Part shown: piece by piece, positions 50,588-58,340 of the stretch
Layout of the letters: each line of letters begins with the position of its first letter
Position numbering within the stretch: position 1 is the first letter of the stretch
From: an uncultured Anaerolineaceae bacterium
GTDB taxonomy: Bacteria > Chloroflexota > Anaerolineae > 4572-78
Direction: 5' to 3'
NCBI GenBank assembly: GCA_964413895.1
Contig: CAYPUV010000002.1
Coordinates: 1 to 58,340 of the forward strand
DNA: 58,340 nt
Position numbers and translations under genes: made by a program
The notes under the pieces: model-generated
Database searches by the model: none
What the model was told of the DNA's origin: nothing
What the model saw: the letters and a program-made list of their open reading frames with translations, nothing else

Positions 50588-51961
50588 ATGAAGAACGAAC
50601 GGAAACACGCCAGAGCGTCATTTTATCTGCTCACCTTAGGATGTCCTAAAAATGTAGTTGATTCAGAAGGCATGAGCGAAATGCTCCTGAACGCTCATTA
50701 CCACACCACCACAACGCCAACAAATGCCGACGTACTCATTGTAAATACCTGCGGGTTTCTGCAAGCTGCCAAAGATGAATCCATTGGCGCGCTGCAAGAA
50801 CTGGCCGCACAAAAACAGCCAGGGCAGTTGCTCATTGCCGCCGGTTGCATGGCCCAGCGATTTGGGCAGCAACTCACACGCGAGGTCAACGGGTTGGATG
50901 GCGTAATCGGCACCCGATCGTGGCCGGATATTGTTCCATTCATCAAAAAACTACGCACCACACGCCGCGCCCGACAGGAACCAATTTATCATCTACCAGA
51001 AACAGGAGATACGCCGATTGAGACCATTGCCCTCAGCCGCAACACCCAGCCCAATCGAGCCAGCGCCTATCTAAAAATCAGCGACGGGTGTTCAGCGCCG
51101 TGCGCGTTTTGCACCATTCCCAGCTTCAAGGGAGCGCATCGCAGTCGTCCACGCGAGCACATTCTGCAAGAGGCACAGCAATTGGCCGCCGAAGGCGTTA
51201 AAGAAATCATCATCATCGCCCAGGATACTACCGCCTACGGACGCGACCGGGGCGAGCAGGACGGTCTGCCCACCCTGCTGGAAGACATTGTCGCTGCCGT
51301 CCCCACGCTGCCCTGGCTACGGCTGATGTACGCCTACCCCGGTCACGCCAGCGACCGCCTGCTTTCGGTAATGGCCGCGCACCCTCAAATTTTACCTTAT
51401 ATTGACATGCCGTTGCAACACGGCCACCCCGACACGCTAAAGCGGATGAATCGTCCCCACAATGTAGACAAGCTTGTGCAATGGATGCAGCGATTTCGAC
51501 GATTGATGCCACAAGCAATTATCCGCACCACATTCATCGTTGGCTACCCTGGTGAAACCGAAACGGAATTCCAGGGGTTGCTAGACTTTATGCAGGAAGT
51601 TCAATTTGACCGCGTGGGAGCATTCACCTTTTCGCCGGAACCAGGCACACCCGCCTTTAACCTGCCCCACCAGATTGACGAAGAGAGCAAATCGGCACGG
51701 TGGGAACGGTTGATGGCCTTGCAGCAACCGATCTCGCTACAGCGAAATCAGGCGTTTGTAGGGCAAAAGCTAGATGTGCTCGTCGATGGGGTGGGCGATG
51801 GCGTGAGCGTTGCCCGTTCTTACCGCGACGCGCCGGAAATTGACGGTTATGTGCTGATAGAAGAAAAACTCCCCGTCGGCGCGATGCTCCCCGTGGTGAT
51901 TACAGGAGCAATGGAATACGACTTGATGGCTGTTCCGGCCAACAAACCACTGCCGATATAA
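50588..51961 (+). CDS. rimO: Ribosomal protein S12 methylthiotransferase
   Basis: ORF 50552..51961 trimmed to the ATG at 50588. MTTase N-domain cysteines are in LGCPKN, NTCGF and GCMAQR. The radical SAM motif is GCSAPCAFC, and a TRAM domain lies at the C-terminus. Confidence 0.88.
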   Translation: MKNERKHARASFYLLTLGCPKNVVDSEGMSEMLLNAHYHTTTTPTNADVLIVNTCGFLQAAKDESIGALQELAAQKQPGQLLIAAGCMAQRFGQQLTREVNGLDGVIGTRSWPDIVPFIKKLRTTRRARQEPIYHLPETGDTPIETIALSRNTQPNRASAYLKISDGCSAPCAFCTIPSFKGAHRSRPREHILQEAQQLAAEGVKEIIIIAQDTTAYGRDRGEQDGLPTLLEDIVAAVPTLPWLRLMYAYPGHASDRLLSVMAAHPQILPYIDMPLQHGHPDTLKRMNRPHNVDKLVQWMQRFRRLMPQAIIRTTFIVGYPGETETEFQGLLDFMQEVQFDRVGAFTFSPEPGTPAFNLPHQIDEESKSARWERLMALQQPISLQRNQAFVGQKLDVLVDGVGDGVSVARSYRDAPEIDGYVLIEEKLPVGAMLPVVITGAMEYDLMAVPANKPLPI

Positions 51962-52011
51962 ATATTGTTTTCTTCTCCAAACTCACGCTTGCGCAGGAGA
52001 ATCATCAAATT

Positions 52012-52464
52012 ATGAAACGAGAATCCAGCCACCCCTTGCCCATTCTAATGGCAGATGATGATGCCGACGACCGCCTGCTTACGCAAGAGGCACTATTAGA
52101 GAGCCGTCTGCCCACAACAATGCATTTTGTGGAAGACGGTGAAGAACTCCTTGATTACCTCTATCGACGGAGATTATACGCCCCCCCAAACGTTCCCCCT
52201 TTACCAAGCTTAATATTGCTAGACCTGAATATGCCAAAAGTAGACGGTCGTGAAGCCTTAAAAACCATTAAAACTGACCCGAACTTGCGGCACATTCCCA
52301 TCGTCGTGCTTACGACTTCAACCGCAAAAGATGACGTTTTGCACGCTTACACCACCGGTGCAAGTTCGTTCATTAGCAAACCTGTTACCTTTGAAGGTTT
52401 GGTAGACGTGATGCGCACGCTGGGCAAATACTGGTTTGAAACAGTTAAACTTCCTCAACTATGA
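52012..52464 (+). CDS. Single-domain response regulator (CheY-like receiver)
   Basis: Acidic pocket ILMADDDADD. Phospho-acceptor region LILLDLNMPKVDG. Further motifs VVLTTS and FISKP. Confidence 0.85.
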   Translation: MKRESSHPLPILMADDDADDRLLTQEALLESRLPTTMHFVEDGEELLDYLYRRRLYAPPNVPPLPSLILLDLNMPKVDGREALKTIKTDPNLRHIPIVVLTTSTAKDDVLHAYTTGASSFISKPVTFEGLVDVMRTLGKYWFETVKLPQL

Positions 52465-52481
52465 GAAGAAGGATACTGGTC

Positions 52482-54716
52482 TCAACGCTCCGCCAGCACG
52501 TATACAATTGTACTTTGCCACGACATCACCTGATTAACCAACTGCCGTTGAAAAAGTGCCTGTACCTGCTGTACTTCTGCCGCAGAAAGTTGTTTGCGTA
52601 AATGTTGCGCATACGACTGCCGCTTGCGAGAAGTTGTCTCGCCAAACCAGCGCGCAATATACTGCGGTGTTATAGGCAACTGCGCCGATTGCGGTGCCTC
52701 AACTACCTGCACCGCGCCAAAACCGGCCTCTGTAAATAGCGTTTGCAGGTCGTTAACATCCCAATTGACCATTGGATCATCCGGGTTTTGGTAAATGGCT
52801 TCTTCTGCTGCAGCCACCTTTTGCCCCAGTTTCTCTCCCAAAGGTGTTGTGTCAACCAACTTGTAAAGCCGCTGCGTGTGCCGGGGAACTGTCTCCACCA
52901 AAGCAATCCGTCCGGTTGGAGCAAGATGGGCTTTCAAGATGGTAATGAGTGCCGCCTTGTCCGCAACGTGGGTGAGTACGTTCCGTCCAACCATCACTTC
53001 AAATTGCACATCTCCTTGCTTTTCCCCAGCAATCAAATCGTCCAATTGGGATAATCTCCCCACCAGAATAGTGGGGCGGGCCAGATCGGCGAGGTTTTGT
53101 GCCTGCTGACGCAACGCAACAGCCGTGCGCTCATTGGCGGCAATGGTCCACACGCCGCCTACCGGTGTGCGCCGCACCGCTTCCCAGGTGAACAAGCCGG
53201 TTCCCGCGTTCAGGTCGAGTACCAGTTCGTGGCGCTGAATATTTGTCAGGGCAAAAAGCCTGTCGCGTTGACGGCCCAATTGCTCACCAACATTGCTCAG
53301 GGTTCGTTGCAGCCAGCGATTGTACGGCTTGGGGCCGGGCGCAGCATGCTCAACGGCCCAGGCCAGAGGGTCGGTGATCTCTGATTCCAACATTGCCGCC
53401 AATTGCGCCTCTCGACGCCGGGTTACCTGCGTGCGAATGGCGGCCTCGTACCCCTGATCGCTGGGCCGGTAAAATCCCCGCCCTTGCAGACTGTCGGGCA
53501 AATATTGCTGGGGAATCCAATGGTCTCGATAGGCGTGGGGGTACAGGTAGCCGGCCCCGTGCCCCATATCTTCCGCGTCGCGGTTGCCATCTTTTAAGTG
53601 ATCGGGGACATCGGCCTCTTGTTCTTTTTCAATGGCCGCGAGCGCATCAAAAAAGGCCAGGGTAGAGTTACTTTTGGGACAAGTTGCCAGATACAAGCAG
53701 GCATGCGCCAGGTGGAAACGTCCTTCCGGCATCCCCACATAATCGTACGCCTGCGCCGCCGCAACAACAACGCGCAAAGCATTGGGGTCGGCCAGGCCCA
53801 CATCTTCGCTGGCCAGAATGAGCATCCGCCGAAAAATGAAGCGCGGGTCCTCACCGGCGTAGACCATCTTTGCCAGCCAGTACAGCGCCGCGTCCGGGTC
53901 CGAGCCGCGAATACTTTTGATGAAGGCAGAAATAACATCAAAATGCGCGTCGCCGTCCTTATCATAGAGAACTGCCCGCTTTTGAATAGACTCTTCGGCA
54001 ATGCTGGTGGTTATGGTAATGCGCCCGTTCTCATCGGGCGGGGTGGTTTCTACAGCCAGTTCAAGCGCGTTGAGCGCGCCGCGCGCGTCGCCATTGGCAA
54101 CATTAATCAGGTGCGCCAGAGCATCATCGGTAATGGAAATGTTGAGTTTGCCATAGCCCCGTTCTTCATCGTGCAGAGCCTGGTCAACAATAGCTTGCAC
54201 ATCATCTTGAGTCAATGGCTTCAATTGAAAGATACGAGAGCGAGACACCAGTGCTTTGTTGACCTCAAAATAGGGATTCTCTGTGGTCGCGCCGATTAAA
54301 ATTACGGTCCCATTTTCCACATGTGGGAGCAGCGCATCTTGTTGGGCTTTGTTAAACCGATGGACTTCATCGACAAAAAGGATGGTGCGTTGGCCAAACA
54401 TGCCCATTTTTTCTTGTGCCACGGTGATAGCCTGGCGAATATCTTTCACCCCCGATAACACAGCATTCAATGCGATGAAATGGGCATGGGTAGTATTGGC
54501 AATAATTCGCGCCAGAGTGGTTTTGCCGGTTCCCGGCGGCCCATAAAAAATCAAACTACTGAGCTGGTCCGCCTGAATCGCACGCCTCAGCAGCCGGCCG
54601 GGGCCAACAATATGTTCCTGGCCCACAAATTCATCAAGTGTGCGGGGACGCATCCGCGCCGCCAGTGGCGCAGCCTGAGCGATTTTTCGTTGTCGGGTGT
54701 GATCAAATAGGTCCAT
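52482..54716 (-). CDS. rarA: Replication-associated recombination protein A (RarA/MgsA AAA+ ATPase) fused to a C-terminal class I SAM-methyltransferase-like domain
   Basis: The N-terminal roughly 440 aa includes PRTLDEFVGQEHIVG, GPPGTGKTT, FVDEVHRFNKAQQD and MgsA C-terminal helices. The C-terminal roughly 290 aa carries the methyltransferase motif I-like VLDLNAGTGLFTWEA. Confidence 0.82.
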   Translation of the reverse strand: MDLFDHTRQRKIAQAAPLAARMRPRTLDEFVGQEHIVGPGRLLRRAIQADQLSSLIFYGPPGTGKTTLARIIANTTHAHFIALNAVLSGVKDIRQAITVAQEKMGMFGQRTILFVDEVHRFNKAQQDALLPHVENGTVILIGATTENPYFEVNKALVSRSRIFQLKPLTQDDVQAIVDQALHDEERGYGKLNISITDDALAHLINVANGDARGALNALELAVETTPPDENGRITITTSIAEESIQKRAVLYDKDGDAHFDVISAFIKSIRGSDPDAALYWLAKMVYAGEDPRFIFRRMLILASEDVGLADPNALRVVVAAAQAYDYVGMPEGRFHLAHACLYLATCPKSNSTLAFFDALAAIEKEQEADVPDHLKDGNRDAEDMGHGAGYLYPHAYRDHWIPQQYLPDSLQGRGFYRPSDQGYEAAIRTQVTRRREAQLAAMLESEITDPLAWAVEHAAPGPKPYNRWLQRTLSNVGEQLGRQRDRLFALTNIQRHELVLDLNAGTGLFTWEAVRRTPVGGVWTIAANERTAVALRQQAQNLADLARPTILVGRLSQLDDLIAGEKQGDVQFEVMVGRNVLTHVADKAALITILKAHLAPTGRIALVETVPRHTQRLYKLVDTTPLGEKLGQKVAAAEEAIYQNPDDPMVNWDVNDLQTLFTEAGFGAVQVVEAPQSAQLPITPQYIARWFGETTSRKRQSYAQHLRKQLSAAEVQQVQALFQRQLVNQVMSWQSTIVYVLAER

Positions 54717-54790
54717 AGGGATATTTTATGCGGATAAGTTAAGGTTTCAAGTTTAAACTGCTGGTTTTTGCACACCTCACTGTTTATTGC

Positions 54791-54819
54791 TTGCCAACAC
54801 CCCCGAAGACATGTAAAAT
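54791..54819 (+). promoter_or_regulatory. Sigma70-like promoter for the downstream plus-strand genes
   Basis: -35 TTGCCA (54791-54796), 17-nt spacer, -10 TAAAAT (54814-54819). Confidence 0.45.
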
Positions 54820-54836
54820 ATTATCAACTCGAATAA

Positions 54837-55910
54837 ATGTTTCCTTTATTCAGGCGTATTGTTTTTAGAGGTTTAACTTTGATAAAACCCTTTAACCTCC
54901 GGGATGTTTTCCTGGTAGCCAATCTCCAGAAGCAAGGGACAGCCCTTGACTTAGAAGAACGCCTGCTTCACCCGCGTTCCCCGCTGCGTTCAGCACTGCT
55001 TGCCAATTTATTTCCCACTATTCCTGGTGTATCCACCTACATTTTGAACATCAATAATGATACCGAAACGCACCTGGGGTTGGCGCAAGCGCGCACACGC
55101 CCTGGACGACCGGAACAGGACGTGGTTTTTTTAGCGCCCGCCCTGGAAATAGGCAACGGAAGCCACGCCATTTGGCAACGGCTACTGAATCACCTGTGCA
55201 TTAAAGCCGGTGAAGCCGGATACCAGCGTATGTATGTCCGGTTGGCAGCAACAAGCGATGCCCTGCAAATATTCAGAAACGTTGGCTTTACCGCTTATGC
55301 AGAAGAACGCATCTTTCGGCTGGACGCAGAACTACATCCCTTGCAACCGCAAAATACACTGGGATTGCGTCGCCAGATTAGCACCGATAGCTGGAGTCTA
55401 CAACGCCTGTACACGGCCGTCACACCGCATACCGTGCAGTCCGCCGAAGGATTGGCGCAAGGGCAGTGGCAAATTAATAATTACCCCCTGGCAGACCGTG
55501 GATACCGCCACGGGTTTGTATGGGTAAATCGCGGTGAAATTATGGCCGTCATTAACGTGCATTCTGGCAAAGCAGGTCACTGGTTTAGATTGATGGTCCA
55601 CCCCGACGCCAGAAGCGAAACCACAAACCTGATTTTAGGAGGGTTAAGTTTACTAAAAAACCCCCAACATCAGCCCGTGTTTTGCAGTTTGCGCACCTAC
55701 CAACTGGAACTGACCACTCATTTGCTGGCGTGTGGATTTAGACAATTTTCAACCGAATCCATTATGGTAAAACACATCACCGTGCGGGCCAAAGACTTTC
55801 TTACCCGCTTACTGCCGGCCTTCGATAGCACAGTAGAGGCCAAACACGCCGCACCGACCACTATGCTGCACGCCGAAACACCAGTGACCAAATCTAACAA
55901 CCCCGGATAA
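54837..55910 (+). CDS. Hypothetical protein, possibly a tandem GNAT-like fold
   Basis: This is a long ORF. The ATG at 54837 lacks an SD motif, and the TTG at 54879 (preceded by AGAGG) is an alternative start. The segment WQRLLNHLCIKAGEAGYQRMYVRLAATSDALQIFRNVGFTAY resembles a GNAT C-terminal core. Confidence 0.6.
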   Translation: MFPLFRRIVFRGLTLIKPFNLRDVFLVANLQKQGTALDLEERLLHPRSPLRSALLANLFPTIPGVSTYILNINNDTETHLGLAQARTRPGRPEQDVVFLAPALEIGNGSHAIWQRLLNHLCIKAGEAGYQRMYVRLAATSDALQIFRNVGFTAYAEERIFRLDAELHPLQPQNTLGLRRQISTDSWSLQRLYTAVTPHTVQSAEGLAQGQWQINNYPLADRGYRHGFVWVNRGEIMAVINVHSGKAGHWFRLMVHPDARSETTNLILGGLSLLKNPQHQPVFCSLRTYQLELTTHLLACGFRQFSTESIMVKHITVRAKDFLTRLLPAFDSTVEAKHAAPTTMLHAETPVTKSNNPG

Positions 55911-55952
55911 ATATAACACGCAGTGTAAAATAGATTGACAGCACATAAAAAT

Positions 55953-57569
55953 ATGCCAAAAATTATCAATGATCTTAGCGCATTAATGGGCGTCTTTCCC
56001 GATTATATTAAAATGCCATTGCTGCAGCAAGACGATCTGGATGCCTTAATTGAAGTAGTGATGGACCTGGGCCGGCGTCCCAAAGCCTACTTTACCAACA
56101 AAGAGATTATCTTGTCTGAAAAAGAGATTCAGCAAACCGACATCGACACCGTAGTTGCCAAAATTGGCGAATTTATGGGCGACAATCGGGCCGGTATTGA
56201 ACGTACCCTGCATCGCATTTCTGCCATTCGCAACCGCCACGGGAAAATCGTCGGCTTAACATGCCGGGTGGGGCGCGCCGTTTACGGCACAATTGATATT
56301 ATTCAAGATCTATTAGCCACCGGTCAGAGCATTCTGCTGCTGGGGCGACCCGGTGTGGGCAAAACAACAATGCTGCGCGAAGCGGCCCGCGTGCTGGCAG
56401 AAAGTAAGCGCGTCATTGTGGTTGACACCTCGAATGAAATTGCTGGAGATGGTGACATTCCCCACCCGGCCATTGGCAAAGCGCGGCGGATGCAGGTTCC
56501 CAAACCAGACCTGCAGCACGAAGTAATGATTGAAGCGGTAGAAAATCACACGCCAGAAGTGATCATTATTGATGAAATCGGACGGATGGAAGAAGCAGAA
56601 GCCGCGCGCACCATCGCCGAGCGGGGCGTGCAGCTAATTGGCACGGCCCACGGCAACACCCTGGACAACTTGCTGGTAAACCCCACTCTGGCGGACCTGG
56701 TGGGGGGCATCGATAGCGTTACCCTTTCTGACGAGGAGGCTCGCCGCCGGAATACCCAAAAAAGTGTGCTAGAGCGTCGCTCGCCGCCAACCTTCAACAT
56801 TCTGATTGAAATTCAAAATCGAAACACACTGGCGGTACACCATAACGTGGCCCGCGCCGTTGACGACCTGTTGCGAGGGCGTTTTGTCCAGCCAGAAATT
56901 AGATACCGCGACGAAGAAGGCAATATCAAAATAGAAGCACCCAAAACCAGCAAACCACACCTGCTTAAAGGCAACACCGGCGAGCGCACACGCGCGCGCC
57001 AAAATGTCGAAACACCGCAGGGAACAAAACGGCAACGGTTGTCGGAAACTGCGCCAGAGGCACAAGATACCGCAAATCAATCGGAGGAACTTCTCGCCAA
57101 ACTTGCTCCCAAAAAAATTTACGTGTACGGCGCAAACCCCAGTCGGCTGCGGCAAACGGCCAAAAACTTAAGCGTGCCAATCATTCTGGTGCAAGACCTC
57201 AATGAAGCCGAGATGGTAATTACCACCAAGAGCCATTACCGCAAACATCCACAGCCCATTATTGACGCCGAGCAAAAGAGCGTTCCGCTTTATGTTCTGC
57301 GGGCCAATACAATCCCCCAAATGGAAACATGTCTGGCCGATATATTCTCGCTCAGCCCGGCAGAAATAGACTCACTGGCCATTGCGATGCGGGAAACACA
57401 AGAAGCCATTCGCAAAGTATTGCAAGGATCCAAAAGCGTTGAACTCAGACCGCAAGCGGCTTCCGTGCGCCGCAAACAGCATGAAATGATTCGCCGCTCA
57501 AACCTTATTTCTCACAGCTACGGCAAAGACCCACAGCGAAGGGTAAGAATCTACCGCTCATCACAATAA
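55953..57569 (+). CDS. ycf45/SpoIIIAA-like P-loop ATPase with a C-terminal R3H domain
   Basis: ORF 55935..57569 trimmed to the ATG at 55953. Walker A LLGRPGVGKTT. Segments VVDTSNEIAGDG and IIIDEIG. The R3H motif reads RRKQHEMIRRSNLISHSYGKDPQRRVRIY. Confidence 0.8.
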   Translation: MPKIINDLSALMGVFPDYIKMPLLQQDDLDALIEVVMDLGRRPKAYFTNKEIILSEKEIQQTDIDTVVAKIGEFMGDNRAGIERTLHRISAIRNRHGKIVGLTCRVGRAVYGTIDIIQDLLATGQSILLLGRPGVGKTTMLREAARVLAESKRVIVVDTSNEIAGDGDIPHPAIGKARRMQVPKPDLQHEVMIEAVENHTPEVIIIDEIGRMEEAEAARTIAERGVQLIGTAHGNTLDNLLVNPTLADLVGGIDSVTLSDEEARRRNTQKSVLERRSPPTFNILIEIQNRNTLAVHHNVARAVDDLLRGRFVQPEIRYRDEEGNIKIEAPKTSKPHLLKGNTGERTRARQNVETPQGTKRQRLSETAPEAQDTANQSEELLAKLAPKKIYVYGANPSRLRQTAKNLSVPIILVQDLNEAEMVITTKSHYRKHPQPIIDAEQKSVPLYVLRANTIPQMETCLADIFSLSPAEIDSLAIAMRETQEAIRKVLQGSKSVELRPQAASVRRKQHEMIRRSNLISHSYGKDPQRRVRIYRSSQ

Positions 57570-57605
57570 ATTTCAACAGCAAACATCAAAATCTGGTTAC
57601 CCACT

Positions 57606-58268
57606 ATGTCTAAATTCATTACATTTGAAGGGCCTGAAGGCGCAGGCAAAAGCACCCAAATACAATTATTGGCCAGGTTCCTGACCCAGCATGGACACAC
57701 TGTCCACGTTACCCGCGAACCGGGGGGCACGGACATCGGCAATCAAATTCGGCGGGTACTGCACGATGTGAATAATACGGCGATGCACGCCATCACCGAA
57801 ATATTGCTCTACTCCGCCAGTCGGGCGCAACTGGTGGCCGAAGTGGTAAAACCACTGCTGGCTCAAGGAACCGTGGTGTTGTGCGACCGCTACGCCGACA
57901 GCACATACGCCTACCAGGGTTTCGGGCGCAAACTTGATCTGCACACGTTACAAACCATTACCCGTTTTGCCACCCAGTCGCTCACGCCCGATTTAACCAT
58001 TTACCTGGATTTGCCCGTGGAAGACGGTCTATCTCGCAAGCAACAGGCCAATGAGGCCGGAGAAGGGGAACTCAATCGCATGGACCGCCAGACCGTTGAT
58101 TTCTACCAACGGGTGCGCACGGGATACCTGACGATGGCGCAGCAAGAGCCGGAGCGTTGGATTGTCATTGACGCGCGTCAATCGATTACCGCAATACACC
58201 GCGAGATTTGCCGGCGTTTGGTTGCGTTGGGCATTGTGGATAATGAAACAGAACAGGTGCACGTTTAA
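57606..58268 (+). CDS. tmk: dTMP (thymidylate) kinase
   Basis: N-terminus FITFEGPEGAGKSTQ, then TREPGGT and DRYADSTYAYQG. Confidence 0.92.
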   Translation: MSKFITFEGPEGAGKSTQIQLLARFLTQHGHTVHVTREPGGTDIGNQIRRVLHDVNNTAMHAITEILLYSASRAQLVAEVVKPLLAQGTVVLCDRYADSTYAYQGFGRKLDLHTLQTITRFATQSLTPDLTIYLDLPVEDGLSRKQQANEAGEGELNRMDRQTVDFYQRVRTGYLTMAQQEPERWIVIDARQSITAIHREICRRLVALGIVDNETEQVHV

Positions 58269-58340
58269 ATCATTCCCCAGAGAACCAGCAATTCCCGTTT
58301 TGGATAACCATATGGGGCTACCACCATGGGTATAGCACAC

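Noticed and set aside
58029-58340. The minus-strand ORF 58029..58340 at the right edge, and a possible plus-strand start (ATGGGTATAGCACAC at 58326).
   Set aside because: The minus-strand ORF is antisense to tmk for most of its length and has no motif. The plus-strand start offers only 5 codons before the window ends, so I made no call.
1-58340. CRISPR arrays, tRNA or rRNA genes, tmRNA, RNase P, SRP RNA, transposases and toxin-antitoxin pairs.
   Set aside because: I scanned the larger intergenic gaps by eye and found no regularly spaced direct repeats, tRNA-like acceptor or T-arm signatures, or IS-type ORFs. Small ncRNAs cannot be excluded without covariance-model searches.

Overview
The window looks like a gene-dense bacterial chromosomal segment of moderate GC (judged by eye). 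The gene content hints at Chloroflexota, but that is a low-confidence inference.

Features: I call about 50 CDS. I found no rRNA, tRNA, CRISPR array, transposase or prophage.
- Housekeeping genes: lepB, pnp, rpsO, trmD, murI, plsC, punA, glgP, comEC, tyrA-like, rimO, tmk, galE and a XerC/D-type recombinase.
- Many ORF-track entries carry spurious N-terminal extensions. I trimmed these to starts that have a Shine-Dalgarno motif.

Main findings:
1. The formate dehydrogenase alpha subunit is split in the ORF track by an in-frame TGA at 41959-41961. A SECIS-like hairpin follows it, so this is almost certainly one selenoprotein (40825-43704), encoded downstream of a fused NuoE/NuoF-like subunit.
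2. A tightly coupled minus-strand operon (15932 down to 9972) links a DUF951 protein, a GT28 MGDG-synthase-like transferase, a small membrane protein, a GT2, a flippase-like protein, a geranylgeranyl-reductase-like flavoprotein and a eukaryote-type squalene-synthase homologue. The synthase homologue has a degenerate second Asp-rich motif. This is a candidate glycosylated or reduced isoprenoid lipid pathway.
3. A six-gene minus-strand operon (34090 down to 29368) mixes tyrA with a YggT-S2P fusion, an HD protein, a macro-domain/coiled-coil protein, a GIY-YIG-DUF4332 fusion and an unknown ORF.
4. A third minus-strand cluster (49684 down to 43989) holds galE, two GT4 genes, an uncharacterised 580-aa Rossmann protein and a small Cys-rich protein.
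5. Unusual architectures include a RarA-methyltransferase fusion, an AMP-nucleosidase-like protein with a large unknown N-terminal domain, and PNPase with an Arg/Gly-rich tail.
6. The larger intergenic gaps carry mosaic palindromic repeat families that recur across the window.

All functional calls come from reading motifs in the translations. No database search was run.
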